From Planctomycetota bacterium (GTDB taxonomy: Bacteria > Planctomycetota > UBA1135 > GCA-002686595): a DNA stretch of 64,000 nucleotides. Below the pieces are notes generated by a model that was given only the letters and a program-made list of their open reading frames with translations, did not search any database and had not been told where the DNA came from. The DNA is taken from NCBI GenBank assembly GCA_041398605.1, contig JAWKUK010000026.1:1207-65206 (forward strand), given 5' to 3'. Both the position numbers and the translations under genes were made by a program. Numbering within the stretch: the stretch's first letter is position 1; every line of letters begins with the position of its first letter. Positions 28,303 through 36,886 of this stretch are shown in pieces.

Positions 28303-29730
28303 ATGACGCCGCGCGACACCGAACCCGAAGCGAACCCGTATCGGCTCCTGCCCAAGGTCGACGAGGCCCTGCGGGAGCCGGCCATCGCCGCGCTGGAGCC
28401 CGCCCTCGGGCGTGAGGTCCTGCGCGCCCTGGTCCAGGCGGCCATCGAGGGCTGGCGCATGGCGGTCGCCGGCGGCGCGCTCGATGCCGCGGGGGTGGCG
28501 GCCCGCTGCGCCGAGGGCGCGCTCGCGGCCGAGGTCGCTCGCGCGGCGCGCCAGGAATCCGGCCGCGGGGTCACGCCCTGCGTCAACGCGACGGGGGTCG
28601 TCCTGCACACGAACCTCGGCCGCGCGCCCGTGCACCCCGAGGTCGCCGACGCGATGCGCGCCGCGGCCCTCGGCTACTGCGTCCTCGAGGTCGACCGGTA
28701 CTCCGGCAAGCGCAACGAGCGCGACGCGCGCCTGGGCGTGCTGCTGACCCGCCTCACCGGCGCCGAGGCGGGCATCGCCGTCAACAACTGCGCGGCGGCG
28801 GCGTTCCTGATGATGCAGACCTTCGCGGGCGGCCGCGAGGCGATCGTCAGCCGCGGCGAGCTCGTCGAGATCGGCGGGTCGTTCCGCGTCCCGGACGTGA
28901 TGCAGCGCGCGGGCGCGCGCCTCGTCGAGGTCGGCACGACCAACCGCACGCGCCTCGCTGACTACGCGCGCGCGATCGGGCCCGCGACCGGGCTCCTGAT
29001 GAAGGTGCACACGAGCAACTTCCGCGTCGTCGGCTTCACCGAAGAGGTCGAGCCCCGTGACATGGCCGCGCTCGCGAAAGAGCACGGGATCGTTTCGGCG
29101 TGGGACCTCGGCTCGGGGCGCGCCGAGCCTGCGGGCGCGCGAACGCTCGACGTCGTCGGTGACGAGACCGTCGTTCGGGAGGCGGTCGCGTCCGGCGTCG
29201 ACGCGGTCTGCTTCTCGGGGGACAAGCTCCTCGGTGCGCCGCAGGCCGGCCTGATCGTCGGGTCCGCGGCGGCCATACGGGAGCTGCGCAAGAACCCGAT
29301 CTATCGCGCCGTACGGCTCGACAAGGTCGCGCTGGCGGGGCTCGAGGCGACCCTCGGTCTCTTGCTCAACGGCCGCGGTGACGAGCTGCCGACGCGGCGC
29401 ATGTTGTTGGCCGATGTGGACGAGCTCGCGCCCGCTGCGCAGCGGATCGCAGCGGCCCTCGGCGCATTGCCGTCGTTCTCCGCGGACGTCGTCCCCGCCG
29501 AGTCACAGCCGGGCAGCGGCAGCGCGCCCACGGTCTTCCTGCCGACGTTGGCCGTCCGCGTGCGGCGGAGCGGGGTCAGCGCCGAAGCGCTCGCGAGCGA
29601 GCTGCGCGCGGGGGACCCGCCGGTGTTCACCAGGGTCCAGGATGACGCGGTGTTCCTCGACCCGCGCGCGCTCCTGCCCGGCGACGAGGCGCGCCTGTGC
29701 GCCGCGTTCCGCGCGCTCGCGTCTGCGTAG
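28303..29730 (+). CDS. selA: L-seryl-tRNA(Sec) selenium transferase
   Basis: Motifs [27 protein letters not shown], and [17 protein letters not shown] (PLP Lys). The length is ~475 aa. Confidence 0.88.
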   Translation: MTPRDTEPEANPYRLLPKVDEALREPAIAALEPALGREVLRALVQAAIEGWRMAVAGGALDAAGVAARCAEGALAAEVARAARQESGRGVTPCVNATGVVLHTNLGRAPVHPEVADAMRAAALGYCVLEVDRYSGKRNERDARLGVLLTRLTGAEAGIAVNNCAAAAFLMMQTFAGGREAIVSRGELVEIGGSFRVPDVMQRAGARLVEVGTTNRTRLADYARAIGPATGLLMKVHTSNFRVVGFTEEVEPRDMAALAKEHGIVSAWDLGSGRAEPAGARTLDVVGDETVVREAVASGVDAVCFSGDKLLGAPQAGLIVGSAAAIRELRKNPIYRAVRLDKVALAGLEATLGLLLNGRGDELPTRRMLLADVDELAPAAQRIAAALGALPSFSADVVPAESQPGSGSAPTVFLPTLAVRVRRSGVSAEALASELRAGDPPVFTRVQDDAVFLDPRALLPGDEARLCAAFRALASA

Positions 29731-29772
29731 GCGGAAGGAAGAAGCCGCGCCGTCGACCGTCGGAGGGCCCGT

Positions 29773-31119
29773 ATGGAACCAGACGCTGGGGGCGCGCAGG
29801 CGGCGCGGACAGGTGAGGCGTTCGAGGCCCGGCGTCTGCGCCTCGCGCGCGGCGAGGCCGTCGTCGGCGTCGTCGGGCTGGGCGCGGTCGGCCTCTCGCT
29901 CGCGACGCTGCTCGAGCGCGCGGGTTACGGCCTCGTCCTCGTCGACCGCGACGCCGAGCGCGTCGCGCGCCTGCGGGCCGGCGACGTTCCGTTGCGCTTC
30001 TTGGGCGCCGACGTCGAGCGGGCGCTGCGCTCGCCGCGGCTGCGCACGATCACGACCGAGTCGGGCTCGCTCGCGCCGTGCGACGCGGTCTTGATCGCGG
30101 TCCCGACGCCGCTTGGGCCACTGCGCGAGCCGGACCTCGGACCTGTCTGCGCGGCCGCGGAGGCGCTCGCGCCGCACGTCGCGGCGGGCGCGCTCGTCGT
30201 GTTGGAGTCGACGACTTGGCCGGGCACGACCCGCGAGCTGCTCGGCGCGCGCCTGCCGCATTGTTACCTCGCGCATTCACCGGAACGCCTCGACCCTGGC
30301 GCGCGCGCGGAGGACCCCTTCGGGTACGCGGTGCCGAAGCTCGTCGGCGGCGACGGACCTGCGGCCCAGGCCCTCGCGCTGGCGCTCTACGCGCGCACGT
30401 TCGCGACGGTCGTGCCGGTCGCCTCGCCGGACGTCGCGGAGGCCGCGAAGCTCGTGGAGAACGTCTATCGCGCCGTGAACATCGCGCTCGTCAACGAGCT
30501 CAAGGTCGCCTTCGAGGCGCTCGGGCTCGACGTCTGGCAGGTGCTCGATGCTGCGGCGACCAAGCCGTTCGGCTTCACGCGCTTCGATCCCGGCCCCGGG
30601 ATGGGCGGGCACTGCATACCGATCGATCCGTTCTACCTCGCGTGGGCCGCGCGGCGCGTCGGCGCCGAGACGCGCTTCGTCGAGCTCGCAGGTGAGATCA
30701 ACCGCGCGATGCCCGCGTTTGTCGTGCGGCGCACCGCGGAGGCGCTCACGGCGCGCGGCGGCAGCCTCGCGGGCGCGCGTGTGCTGCTCCTGGGCTTGGC
30801 CTTCAAGCCGGACGTCGACATCACCGAGGAGTCCCCCGCGCTGGCCCTCTACACGCTGTACAGCGCCGCCGGCGCGGAGGTGCGCTTCTCGGACCCGCAC
30901 GTGCCGCGCGGGCCGCGCACCCGCGAGGTGGACCTCTCGCACCTGACTTCGACGCCGCTGGACGACGCGGCGCTCGCGTGGGCGGATGTCGTGGTCATCG
31001 CGACCCATCACCGCGCGTTCGACTGGGACTTCGTCGCCGCTCGGGCGGCCCTCGTCGTCGACACGCGGAACGCGCTACGGTCACGGATGGGCGATGACCC
31101 GCGCTACGTGCGCGCCTGA
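29773..31119 (+). CDS. nucleotide-sugar dehydrogenase (UDP-glucose/GDP-mannose dehydrogenase family)
   Basis: Rossmann motif VGVVGLGAVGLSLA. Motifs ESTTWPGTT, KLVENVYRAVNIALVNE, GGHCIPIDP and LGLAFKPDVDI. Confidence 0.85.
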   Translation: MEPDAGGAQAARTGEAFEARRLRLARGEAVVGVVGLGAVGLSLATLLERAGYGLVLVDRDAERVARLRAGDVPLRFLGADVERALRSPRLRTITTESGSLAPCDAVLIAVPTPLGPLREPDLGPVCAAAEALAPHVAAGALVVLESTTWPGTTRELLGARLPHCYLAHSPERLDPGARAEDPFGYAVPKLVGGDGPAAQALALALYARTFATVVPVASPDVAEAAKLVENVYRAVNIALVNELKVAFEALGLDVWQVLDAAATKPFGFTRFDPGPGMGGHCIPIDPFYLAWAARRVGAETRFVELAGEINRAMPAFVVRRTAEALTARGGSLAGARVLLLGLAFKPDVDITEESPALALYTLYSAAGAEVRFSDPHVPRGPRTREVDLSHLTSTPLDDAALAWADVVVIATHHRAFDWDFVAARAALVVDTRNALRSRMGDDPRYVRA

Positions 31120-31230
31120 CCTGGGCGCCGTACAGCGCGGCGCGAGCTCCGGCTCGGGCGGGGAGCGCGGCGCCGAACCAGGCATTCCTGGCTTGCTTCG
31201 CGCGCGCCTGCGACCCACGATGCGTGATGT

Positions 31231-32169
31231 ATGGAGTGCGCGCTCGTCTACAACCCCGTCGCCGGGCGAGGTCGGGCCGCGCTCCTCGCGCGTGAGGCCC
31301 GTGAGCGCCTCGAGGCCGGCGGTTGGCGCGTCCGCGAGGGGCGCAGCGAGCACGCTGGCCACGTCCGCGAGCTCGCTGCGACGCTCGGCCGGGAGGTCCC
31401 GATCGTCGTCGTCGTGGGCGGCGACGGGACGCTGCGGAAGGCGGCCGAGGGCGCGTTGACCCTCGCCGCGCGGCCGACGCTCGGCTTCCTGCCCCTCGGC
31501 AACGCCAACGTCATGGCGCGCGAGCTCCGCATCCCGCTGCGCACGGCGGACGCGGTCGAAGTGCTGCTCGCCCGCGAGGAGCGCGCCCTCGATGTGCTCG
31601 AAGCCAACGGCCGCGTGGTCCTCGCCATGGTCGGCGTCGGCTATGACGCGCGGGTCGTGCGCATGGTCGGGGCGGCGCGTCAGCGCCCGTGGCTCGGCAA
31701 GTGGTACCGCGTCCATGCGGACTCGCTCTATGCCGCGACGGGGGCGGCCGCGCTGTTCGAGTGGGACCCGCCGCGCTTTGAAGTGCGCGCCGACGGCAAC
31801 CGCCTCGCCGGGCGCTATTGCGCGGCCGTGCTGTCGAACGTCGAGACGTACGGCAAGGGGTGGGCGGTCACGCCCGGCGCCGACCCGACCGACGGCCTCA
31901 TCGACTTCCAGGCCCGCAAGCGCTGCGTCGCGCCGTGCGGCGCGCTCGCCTTGGCGGCGTCGTCGATGCGCGCGCGCGTCCCCAATTGGCTCGCCGATTA
32001 TGGCCGCGCGAGCCAGTTGGAGCTGCAGTCCGACCGGCCGCTCGTCTGGCAGGCAGACGGGGACCTGATGGAGGCGGCGCAGCGCCTCGTCGTGCGCGTG
32101 CGCCCGCAGGCGATCCGCGTCCTTGCGCCGCCAGCGCGCGCGCTCGCGGGGCTGCCGGCCGCGGGCTGA
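31231..32169 (+). CDS. diacylglycerol/lipid kinase family protein (YegS/BmrU-like)
   Basis: Motifs LVYNPVAGRG, VVVVGGDGTLR and LGFLPLGNANVMAREL. Confidence 0.82.
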   Translation: MECALVYNPVAGRGRAALLAREARERLEAGGWRVREGRSEHAGHVRELAATLGREVPIVVVVGGDGTLRKAAEGALTLAARPTLGFLPLGNANVMARELRIPLRTADAVEVLLAREERALDVLEANGRVVLAMVGVGYDARVVRMVGAARQRPWLGKWYRVHADSLYAATGAAALFEWDPPRFEVRADGNRLAGRYCAAVLSNVETYGKGWAVTPGADPTDGLIDFQARKRCVAPCGALALAASSMRARVPNWLADYGRASQLELQSDRPLVWQADGDLMEAAQRLVVRVRPQAIRVLAPPARALAGLPAAG

Positions 32170-32217
32170 GGGGCCCCGTGGGCGGCGTCCGTGGCGCGCG
32201 CTCGCGCCCGCCACGGC

Positions 32218-33486
32218 TCACGCGAGGTCGTACTTCGTCGTCGCTTCGAGCTCGCGGCGCTTGGCGCGGAACTCGGCGCGCAGCTTCTCCAGCAGCTCGG
32301 CGCGGCGCGTGAACAGGCGATAGCCCTCGCGGTCGCGCAGATAGCCCTCGGCCTCTGGGTGGCGCCGCCGCAGCTCCTCGGGGCCGAGCTCCTCCTCGAG
32401 GGCGGCGAGGCGCGCGCGCTTCGACAAGAGCGCCTTGGTCATGATCGGCATGACCATCGAGTAGTCCGCCTGCATCGACTCCGTCGTGCGCTTGTAGGCG
32501 TCCTTGTCGACCTTACCCCAGGTGACCGCTTCCGCCGGCGGGCACGATGACAGCGACCCGTCCGTCACCGGCGCGGTCGTGATCTGGATGTCGTACAGAT
32601 AGCCATCGATGTCATCGAGGCCGAGGATCTGCGACAGCGCAGGCTCGGGCTGCAGGTTGAAGTTCTTCGGGACGCCGCCGCCGAGCACGAGCGTGCCCAG
32701 GGCCTTCGTGGCGCTCTCCCGGATCCCCCACAGGTGGTAGGCGCAGCTCTCGAAGACCTCGGCGTGCACATCGAGCTCGAAGCGATAGTTGAGCCAGCCC
32801 TCATGCGCCATCGCCCAGAGCTTCATCGCGTTGAGGAACACCGAACCGTCGCCAGGCGCGCCGACGAAGATCGGGATCGCCTTGCGCTCGCAGAGCGCGA
32901 GGAGCCCCTCCGGCGCGCCGTTCTTCTGCTCCTGGCGCGCGTAGCGCGCGCCGAGGCGGTGGCGCAGCTCGGTGCCCGTCATCCGGTGCTGGAACTCGGG
33001 CTCCAGGAGGATCGCGCTCAGGAACTGGTCCTGGCCGAGCAGGACGTTCTCGTCGAACCCGACGTCGGTGATGCGGATGATCCGGTCATCCCGCAGCGCG
33101 CCGTCGTCGCCGAAGATGGGCACCTCGTGGAACGGGTGCTCCTGGGCGTCGTCGAGGGCGCGGTGTCCGTCGTGGTAACAGACGGCGTCGGTCGTCGAGA
33201 CGAGGCAGAACCAGCCCGTGTCCAGCAGCGGGTTCAGCCAGGCGAGGTGCTGGCCCGAGGCCGTGACCGGGCCTGCGATCGCCAGGGTCATGGGGACCCC
33301 CTCGCCGATCGCCTGGTCGAGGAGGGACCAGACGCGGCGCATGTAGCCGCCCCCAAAGCTCGGGAAGCAGCCCTCGAGCAGGTGGTCGAGGTGCTTCACT
33401 TCGAGCACGGAGCGGTGGACGAGCTCGCGCCCGGACTGGGCGCAGGCGCCGGCGCGCGGCGGCGGATCCTTGCGGGTGGGGCTCAT
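32218..33486 (-). CDS. deoxyhypusine synthase-like protein (DHS/homospermidine-synthase superfamily) with ~70-aa C-terminal coiled-coil extension
   Basis: Motifs TLAIAGPVTASG, LVSTTDAVCYHD, LVLGGGVPKNF and PAEAVTWGKV (catalytic-Lys motif conserved). The tail is ARLAALEEELGPEELRR...LEKLRAEFRAKRRELE. Confidence 0.8.
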   Translation of the reverse strand: MSPTRKDPPPRAGACAQSGRELVHRSVLEVKHLDHLLEGCFPSFGGGYMRRVWSLLDQAIGEGVPMTLAIAGPVTASGQHLAWLNPLLDTGWFCLVSTTDAVCYHDGHRALDDAQEHPFHEVPIFGDDGALRDDRIIRITDVGFDENVLLGQDQFLSAILLEPEFQHRMTGTELRHRLGARYARQEQKNGAPEGLLALCERKAIPIFVGAPGDGSVFLNAMKLWAMAHEGWLNYRFELDVHAEVFESCAYHLWGIRESATKALGTLVLGGGVPKNFNLQPEPALSQILGLDDIDGYLYDIQITTAPVTDGSLSSCPPAEAVTWGKVDKDAYKRTTESMQADYSMVMPIMTKALLSKRARLAALEEELGPEELRRRHPEAEGYLRDREGYRLFTRRAELLEKLRAEFRAKRRELEATTKYDLA

Positions 33487-33711
33487 AGGTGCGGGAGTCT
33501 AACGGCTCCTGCGGCCCGCTCCCTCTCCTAGGGCCCGGCCCCAGGGGGGCCTGCCGCCCGTCGCTGAGCGTCCCAGTCCGGGAAACCCCACGTCCGAGCG
33601 CGGTTCCCGAGTGCGGGAAATCCCTCCCTCGATGGGAATTCTCACACAGCGGGGCGCTCCGATCGGCCGAAGAGGTCAGGAACGATTGGTTCCGGGCGGG
33701 CAAAAGGGAGA

Positions 33712-34311
33712 ATGGCGGCAGCTCACTCTCCTGACTTCGGCCCCGTCCAGGGCCCTCTCACCAGCACTCACATGACGCGCTTCACCGACCCGGCCCAGGC
33801 CGCCTACTCGGTCCAGGACTATTCCGGCACCCCGATGATCGAGGGGGTCGAGATCGTTCAGCTCTGCCGTTTCAACGATGACGGCGGCGCGATGACCGAG
33901 CTCGGGCGCCTCGACGGCGGTCTGCACAAGGACCTGCCCGGCTTCGAGGTGCGGCAGATCAACTACAGCGTCGTCGAGCCTGGCGCCATCAAGGCGTTCC
34001 ACCTGCACAAACGCCAGACCGACGTTTGGTACGTACCCCCGAGCGACAAGATCTTGCTCGTCCTCGCCGACGTGAGGGCGGGTTCGAAGACCGAGGGGCT
34101 CGTGCGCCGCATCGTGCTCGGCGACGCCAACTCGCGCCTCGTGCGCATTCCTCCGGGGGTCGCGCACGGCTGCAAGAACCTGCGGGTCGCGGCGCCCTCG
34201 AGCATCATCTACTTCGTCGATGTCCAGTTCTCTGTGGACGCCACGTGCGACGAAGGGCGCTTGCCGTGGGACCACTTCGGCGCGGCGGTTTGGGAGGTCG
34301 AGCGAGGATGA
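33712..34311 (+). CDS. dTDP-4-dehydrorhamnose 3,5-epimerase-like cupin
   Basis: Motifs IEGVEIVQL..DDGGAMTEL, KAFHLHKRQTDVWYV and RIPPGVAHGCKN. An alternative start at ATG 33772 gives ~179 aa. The stop overlaps the next ATG (ATGA). Confidence 0.72.
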   Translation: MAAAHSPDFGPVQGPLTSTHMTRFTDPAQAAYSVQDYSGTPMIEGVEIVQLCRFNDDGGAMTELGRLDGGLHKDLPGFEVRQINYSVVEPGAIKAFHLHKRQTDVWYVPPSDKILLVLADVRAGSKTEGLVRRIVLGDANSRLVRIPPGVAHGCKNLRVAAPSSIIYFVDVQFSVDATCDEGRLPWDHFGAAVWEVERG

Positions 34312-35309
34312 CCGACCCCGGCGCGAGCCTCGGCGCGGGCGCGCTCCAGCGTTCGTTGCTCGACACGATCGGCGACACGCCGATCGTGGAGCTCCGCCAT
34401 TTCTGCGACGAATCGAAGGGGCGCATCTTTGCCAAGCTCGAGTCGCGGAACCCGAGCGGCTCGAAGTACGATCGCGTCGCGAAGCAGGTCATCGGGGACG
34501 CGCGCGCCGAGGGCCGCCTCGGGCGCTGCCAGACGGTGGTGGCTGCGGTGGAGGGGGTCGGCGCGCTGGCCTTCGCACAGGTCTGCGCCATCATGCGGCA
34601 CCCCTTCAGCGCGGTGATCTCTCGCGCGGCCTCGGGGGTGCCGGTCGCTGCGCTCACGGCGCTCGGTTGCGAGGTGATTTGGGTCGATCAGGATCCGACC
34701 AGCCCGCCTGGGCGTTTGACCCCGCTCGACCGGGAGCTCACGCAGCGGAAGGCGGACGAGGTCGTCGCCATCACGGGCGCGTTCGACCCGCAGCTGCTCA
34801 CGAACCGCAGCGCGTTCCGCGCGCATCGCCTGGGCACCGGCCAGGAGATCGTGCGTCAGGTCGGCGGCGAGTTCGGCGCCTTCGTCGACTTCGTTGCGAC
34901 CGGCGCGACGCTCGCCGGCTGCGCCGCCGCGTTCCACGAGTTCGACGCGACGATCCGTTGTTTCGCGGTGGAGCCCAAGGGGGCCGCGACGCTCTCCGGC
35001 GAGGCGGCCTACCTGGACGACCACGGCATCGACGGAGGCGGGCTCGGCCTCCCAGTGCTGCCGCTCCTTTCGCCTGAGCGCCTCGCGGGTATCGTCCAGG
35101 TCACGCGCCAGGATGCTCACAAAGCGGCGGTCGAGCTCGCGCAGAAGGAGGGCATCCTGTGCGGGCTCTCTGCCGGGGCGAGCCTCGTCGCGGCGCGCTC
35201 CCTCCTCGACGCAGAGTGCTTCGGTGAGTCGATCGTGATCGTCGTGAGCGACAATGGTGTCGTGCCGACGTCGGAGTCGCTGGCCGGGCGGCTGGCCGAC
35301 GCCGCCTGA
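34308..35309 (+). CDS. cysteine synthase/PLP-dependent beta-replacement enzyme family protein, atypical motifs
   Basis: IGDTPIVEL...IFAKLESRNPSGSKYDR, with fold-type II PLP architecture throughout. ATG 34308 overlaps the TGA of the cupin gene. Confidence 0.72.
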   Translation: MTDPGASLGAGALQRSLLDTIGDTPIVELRHFCDESKGRIFAKLESRNPSGSKYDRVAKQVIGDARAEGRLGRCQTVVAAVEGVGALAFAQVCAIMRHPFSAVISRAASGVPVAALTALGCEVIWVDQDPTSPPGRLTPLDRELTQRKADEVVAITGAFDPQLLTNRSAFRAHRLGTGQEIVRQVGGEFGAFVDFVATGATLAGCAAAFHEFDATIRCFAVEPKGAATLSGEAAYLDDHGIDGGGLGLPVLPLLSPERLAGIVQVTRQDAHKAAVELAQKEGILCGLSAGASLVAARSLLDAECFGESIVIVVSDNGVVPTSESLAGRLADAA

Positions 35310-35364
35310 TCGTCGGCCAGCTGAGCAGCGTTGCCTGACCCAGCACAGGCGTCGGCGTCGCAGG

Positions 35365-36711
35365 TCAACCGCGCTCGGTGACCTCGATCATGTTCTCGAG
35401 CGCAGTGCGCGCTTCGCGTACGAGCTGCGCTCGTTCGGCTTCGCTTTGGCGTTCGCGCAGGCCCGTGCGCTCATGGACGGCGTCGCCCGGCAGGACGCGG
35501 TTCGCCTCCGGCGGCGTGCCTTTGCGCAGCAGATCGAGCATGCCCGCGAGGTGCGGCGGGTCGTTCCTGCTCATCGTCGCGCAGCCGCAGCCCGCGACCC
35601 CGAAGCCTTCGGCGGGGATGTCCGCGAGGTGCACGATGCGCACGCCGCGCTGCGCGCCGAGGGCGACCGCGTTCCGTACGAAGTGACCCTCGGTGCCGAT
35701 GACGAGCTTGTCGCCGGGCTGGGCATCGAGCACCGCCTGCCAGAGGTAGTTCGTGCTGCCCGAGCCGTCCGCGGCGCGGACGACCTCCAGCGGAGACTCG
35801 GGGTGCACGAGCACGCGCCAGCCGCGCGCTTGCCACCACTGGACCATCTCAGGCTTGAAGATCGTGTGCACGCCGCAATACGAGCCCCAGAGGATCATCT
35901 CAGCGGCATCCAGCGCTGCGACCCCGCCTTCGATCGTGCCGTCGTCGAGGCTGTAGCCGGCCCCGTGCCGCTGCGGATCGGGCAGCGCCAACAGAGACGA
36001 CTGCGGCATCCCGAGCCGATCCGCGACGTTGCGTCCGAGGTGCTGGTCGGGCACGAAGAAGAGCTTCTTCCCGGTCTTGCGCGCCCAAGCGACGATCTTG
36101 TGCGCGTTGGAGCTCGTGCACACCGCGCCGCCCGTTCGTCCCGCGAGCGCCTTGATGCGGCCGGACGTGTTCATGTACGCGACGACGACGAGGTCGTCCC
36201 CGTAGCGTTCGATCAGCTGGTCGGCGATGGGCTCGACGAGGTAGTCCTTCGCCAGCATCTCCATCGTGCAACCGGCCTTCGGGTTCGTGATCCAGACCTC
36301 TTGGTGCTCGTGCGCCAGGATCGCGACGGTCTCGGCCATGAAGTGCACCGCCGACTCGACGATGACCCGCTTCTCCGGGTTCCGCGCCGCCTGCAGCGCG
36401 AGCACGTAGCTGTCCGACACGGCGCCGCCGTAGCGCTCGACGAGCTTCACGATCTCGCCGCCCATATAGAAGTGCGCCAACAGCAGGAGCGCGTCGCCGA
36501 AGTGCTGCTTGGCGGGCAAGGCGTAGCGATCGAGCCAGGGCAGGACCGACTCCGGCTTGCGGTCGGGCAACGCGAGGTATTCCTCGGCGTACGGCTGGAA
36601 CTCGGGCTGGTACCAATCGAGGGGCAGGTCGGTCTGGCAGATCGGGATGCCGGGCTCCAACGCGATCCCGGTCGGTCCGACGTGGTGCAGCGTGCGCGAT
36701 GAATCTGTCAC
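35365..36711 (-). CDS. nadA: quinolinate synthase NadA (long form)
   Basis: Motifs LLLAHFYM, ESAVHFMAET, GCTMEM, VAYMNTS, VCTSSNA, FVPDQHLG, WGSYCGVH and CATMSRN. GTG start at 36711 (VTDSSRT); the upstream track ORF is junk. Confidence 0.82.
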   Translation of the reverse strand: MTDSSRTLHHVGPTGIALEPGIPICQTDLPLDWYQPEFQPYAEEYLALPDRKPESVLPWLDRYALPAKQHFGDALLLLAHFYMGGEIVKLVERYGGAVSDSYVLALQAARNPEKRVIVESAVHFMAETVAILAHEHQEVWITNPKAGCTMEMLAKDYLVEPIADQLIERYGDDLVVVAYMNTSGRIKALAGRTGGAVCTSSNAHKIVAWARKTGKKLFFVPDQHLGRNVADRLGMPQSSLLALPDPQRHGAGYSLDDGTIEGGVAALDAAEMILWGSYCGVHTIFKPEMVQWWQARGWRVLVHPESPLEVVRAADGSGSTNYLWQAVLDAQPGDKLVIGTEGHFVRNAVALGAQRGVRIVHLADIPAEGFGVAGCGCATMSRNDPPHLAGMLDLLRKGTPPEANRVLPGDAVHERTGLRERQSEAERAQLVREARTALENMIEVTERG

Positions 36712-36886
36712 TAGGTGTGGTCTCCGGGGTCGCGGGCTGCCGATTGTAGGTCGGGCGCCGCGCGCGGCCAGGTTTGGTCCCTTTCCATCGACCAGCCTGC
36801 GTCCGCGGGGTCCTGTTTCGTAACCTCCGGGCATCCTGACGACCTCCCGTGGCGGAGGCCGCGCTCCTGCTCTTCGCCCCAAGCCG

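Noticed and set aside
26001-28610. 869-aa ORF treated as one protein
   Set aside because: Only the part downstream of ATG 27458 is MCP-like. The upstream 380 aa are Arg/Pro-rich read-through that overlaps the thioredoxin-like gene, which lies in a different frame and has a proper signal peptide and an ATGA junction.
27455-29730. Selenoprotein (in-frame TGA) next to selA, for example the thioredoxin-like CPC protein
   Set aside because: The redox motif is encoded by Cys codons. I found no pair of adjacent same-frame ORFs split by a single TGA with a recognisable family on both sides.
33679-33702. Sigma-54 type -24/-12 element (TGGTTCCGGGCGGGCA) overlapping a GGAAC-N5-GTTCC palindrome upstream of the cupin gene
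   Set aside because: Only the GG and GC dinucleotides and their spacing match. In 70% GC DNA this occurs often by chance. The TTGC part of the -12 element is missing, and no enhancer-binding protein gene is nearby.
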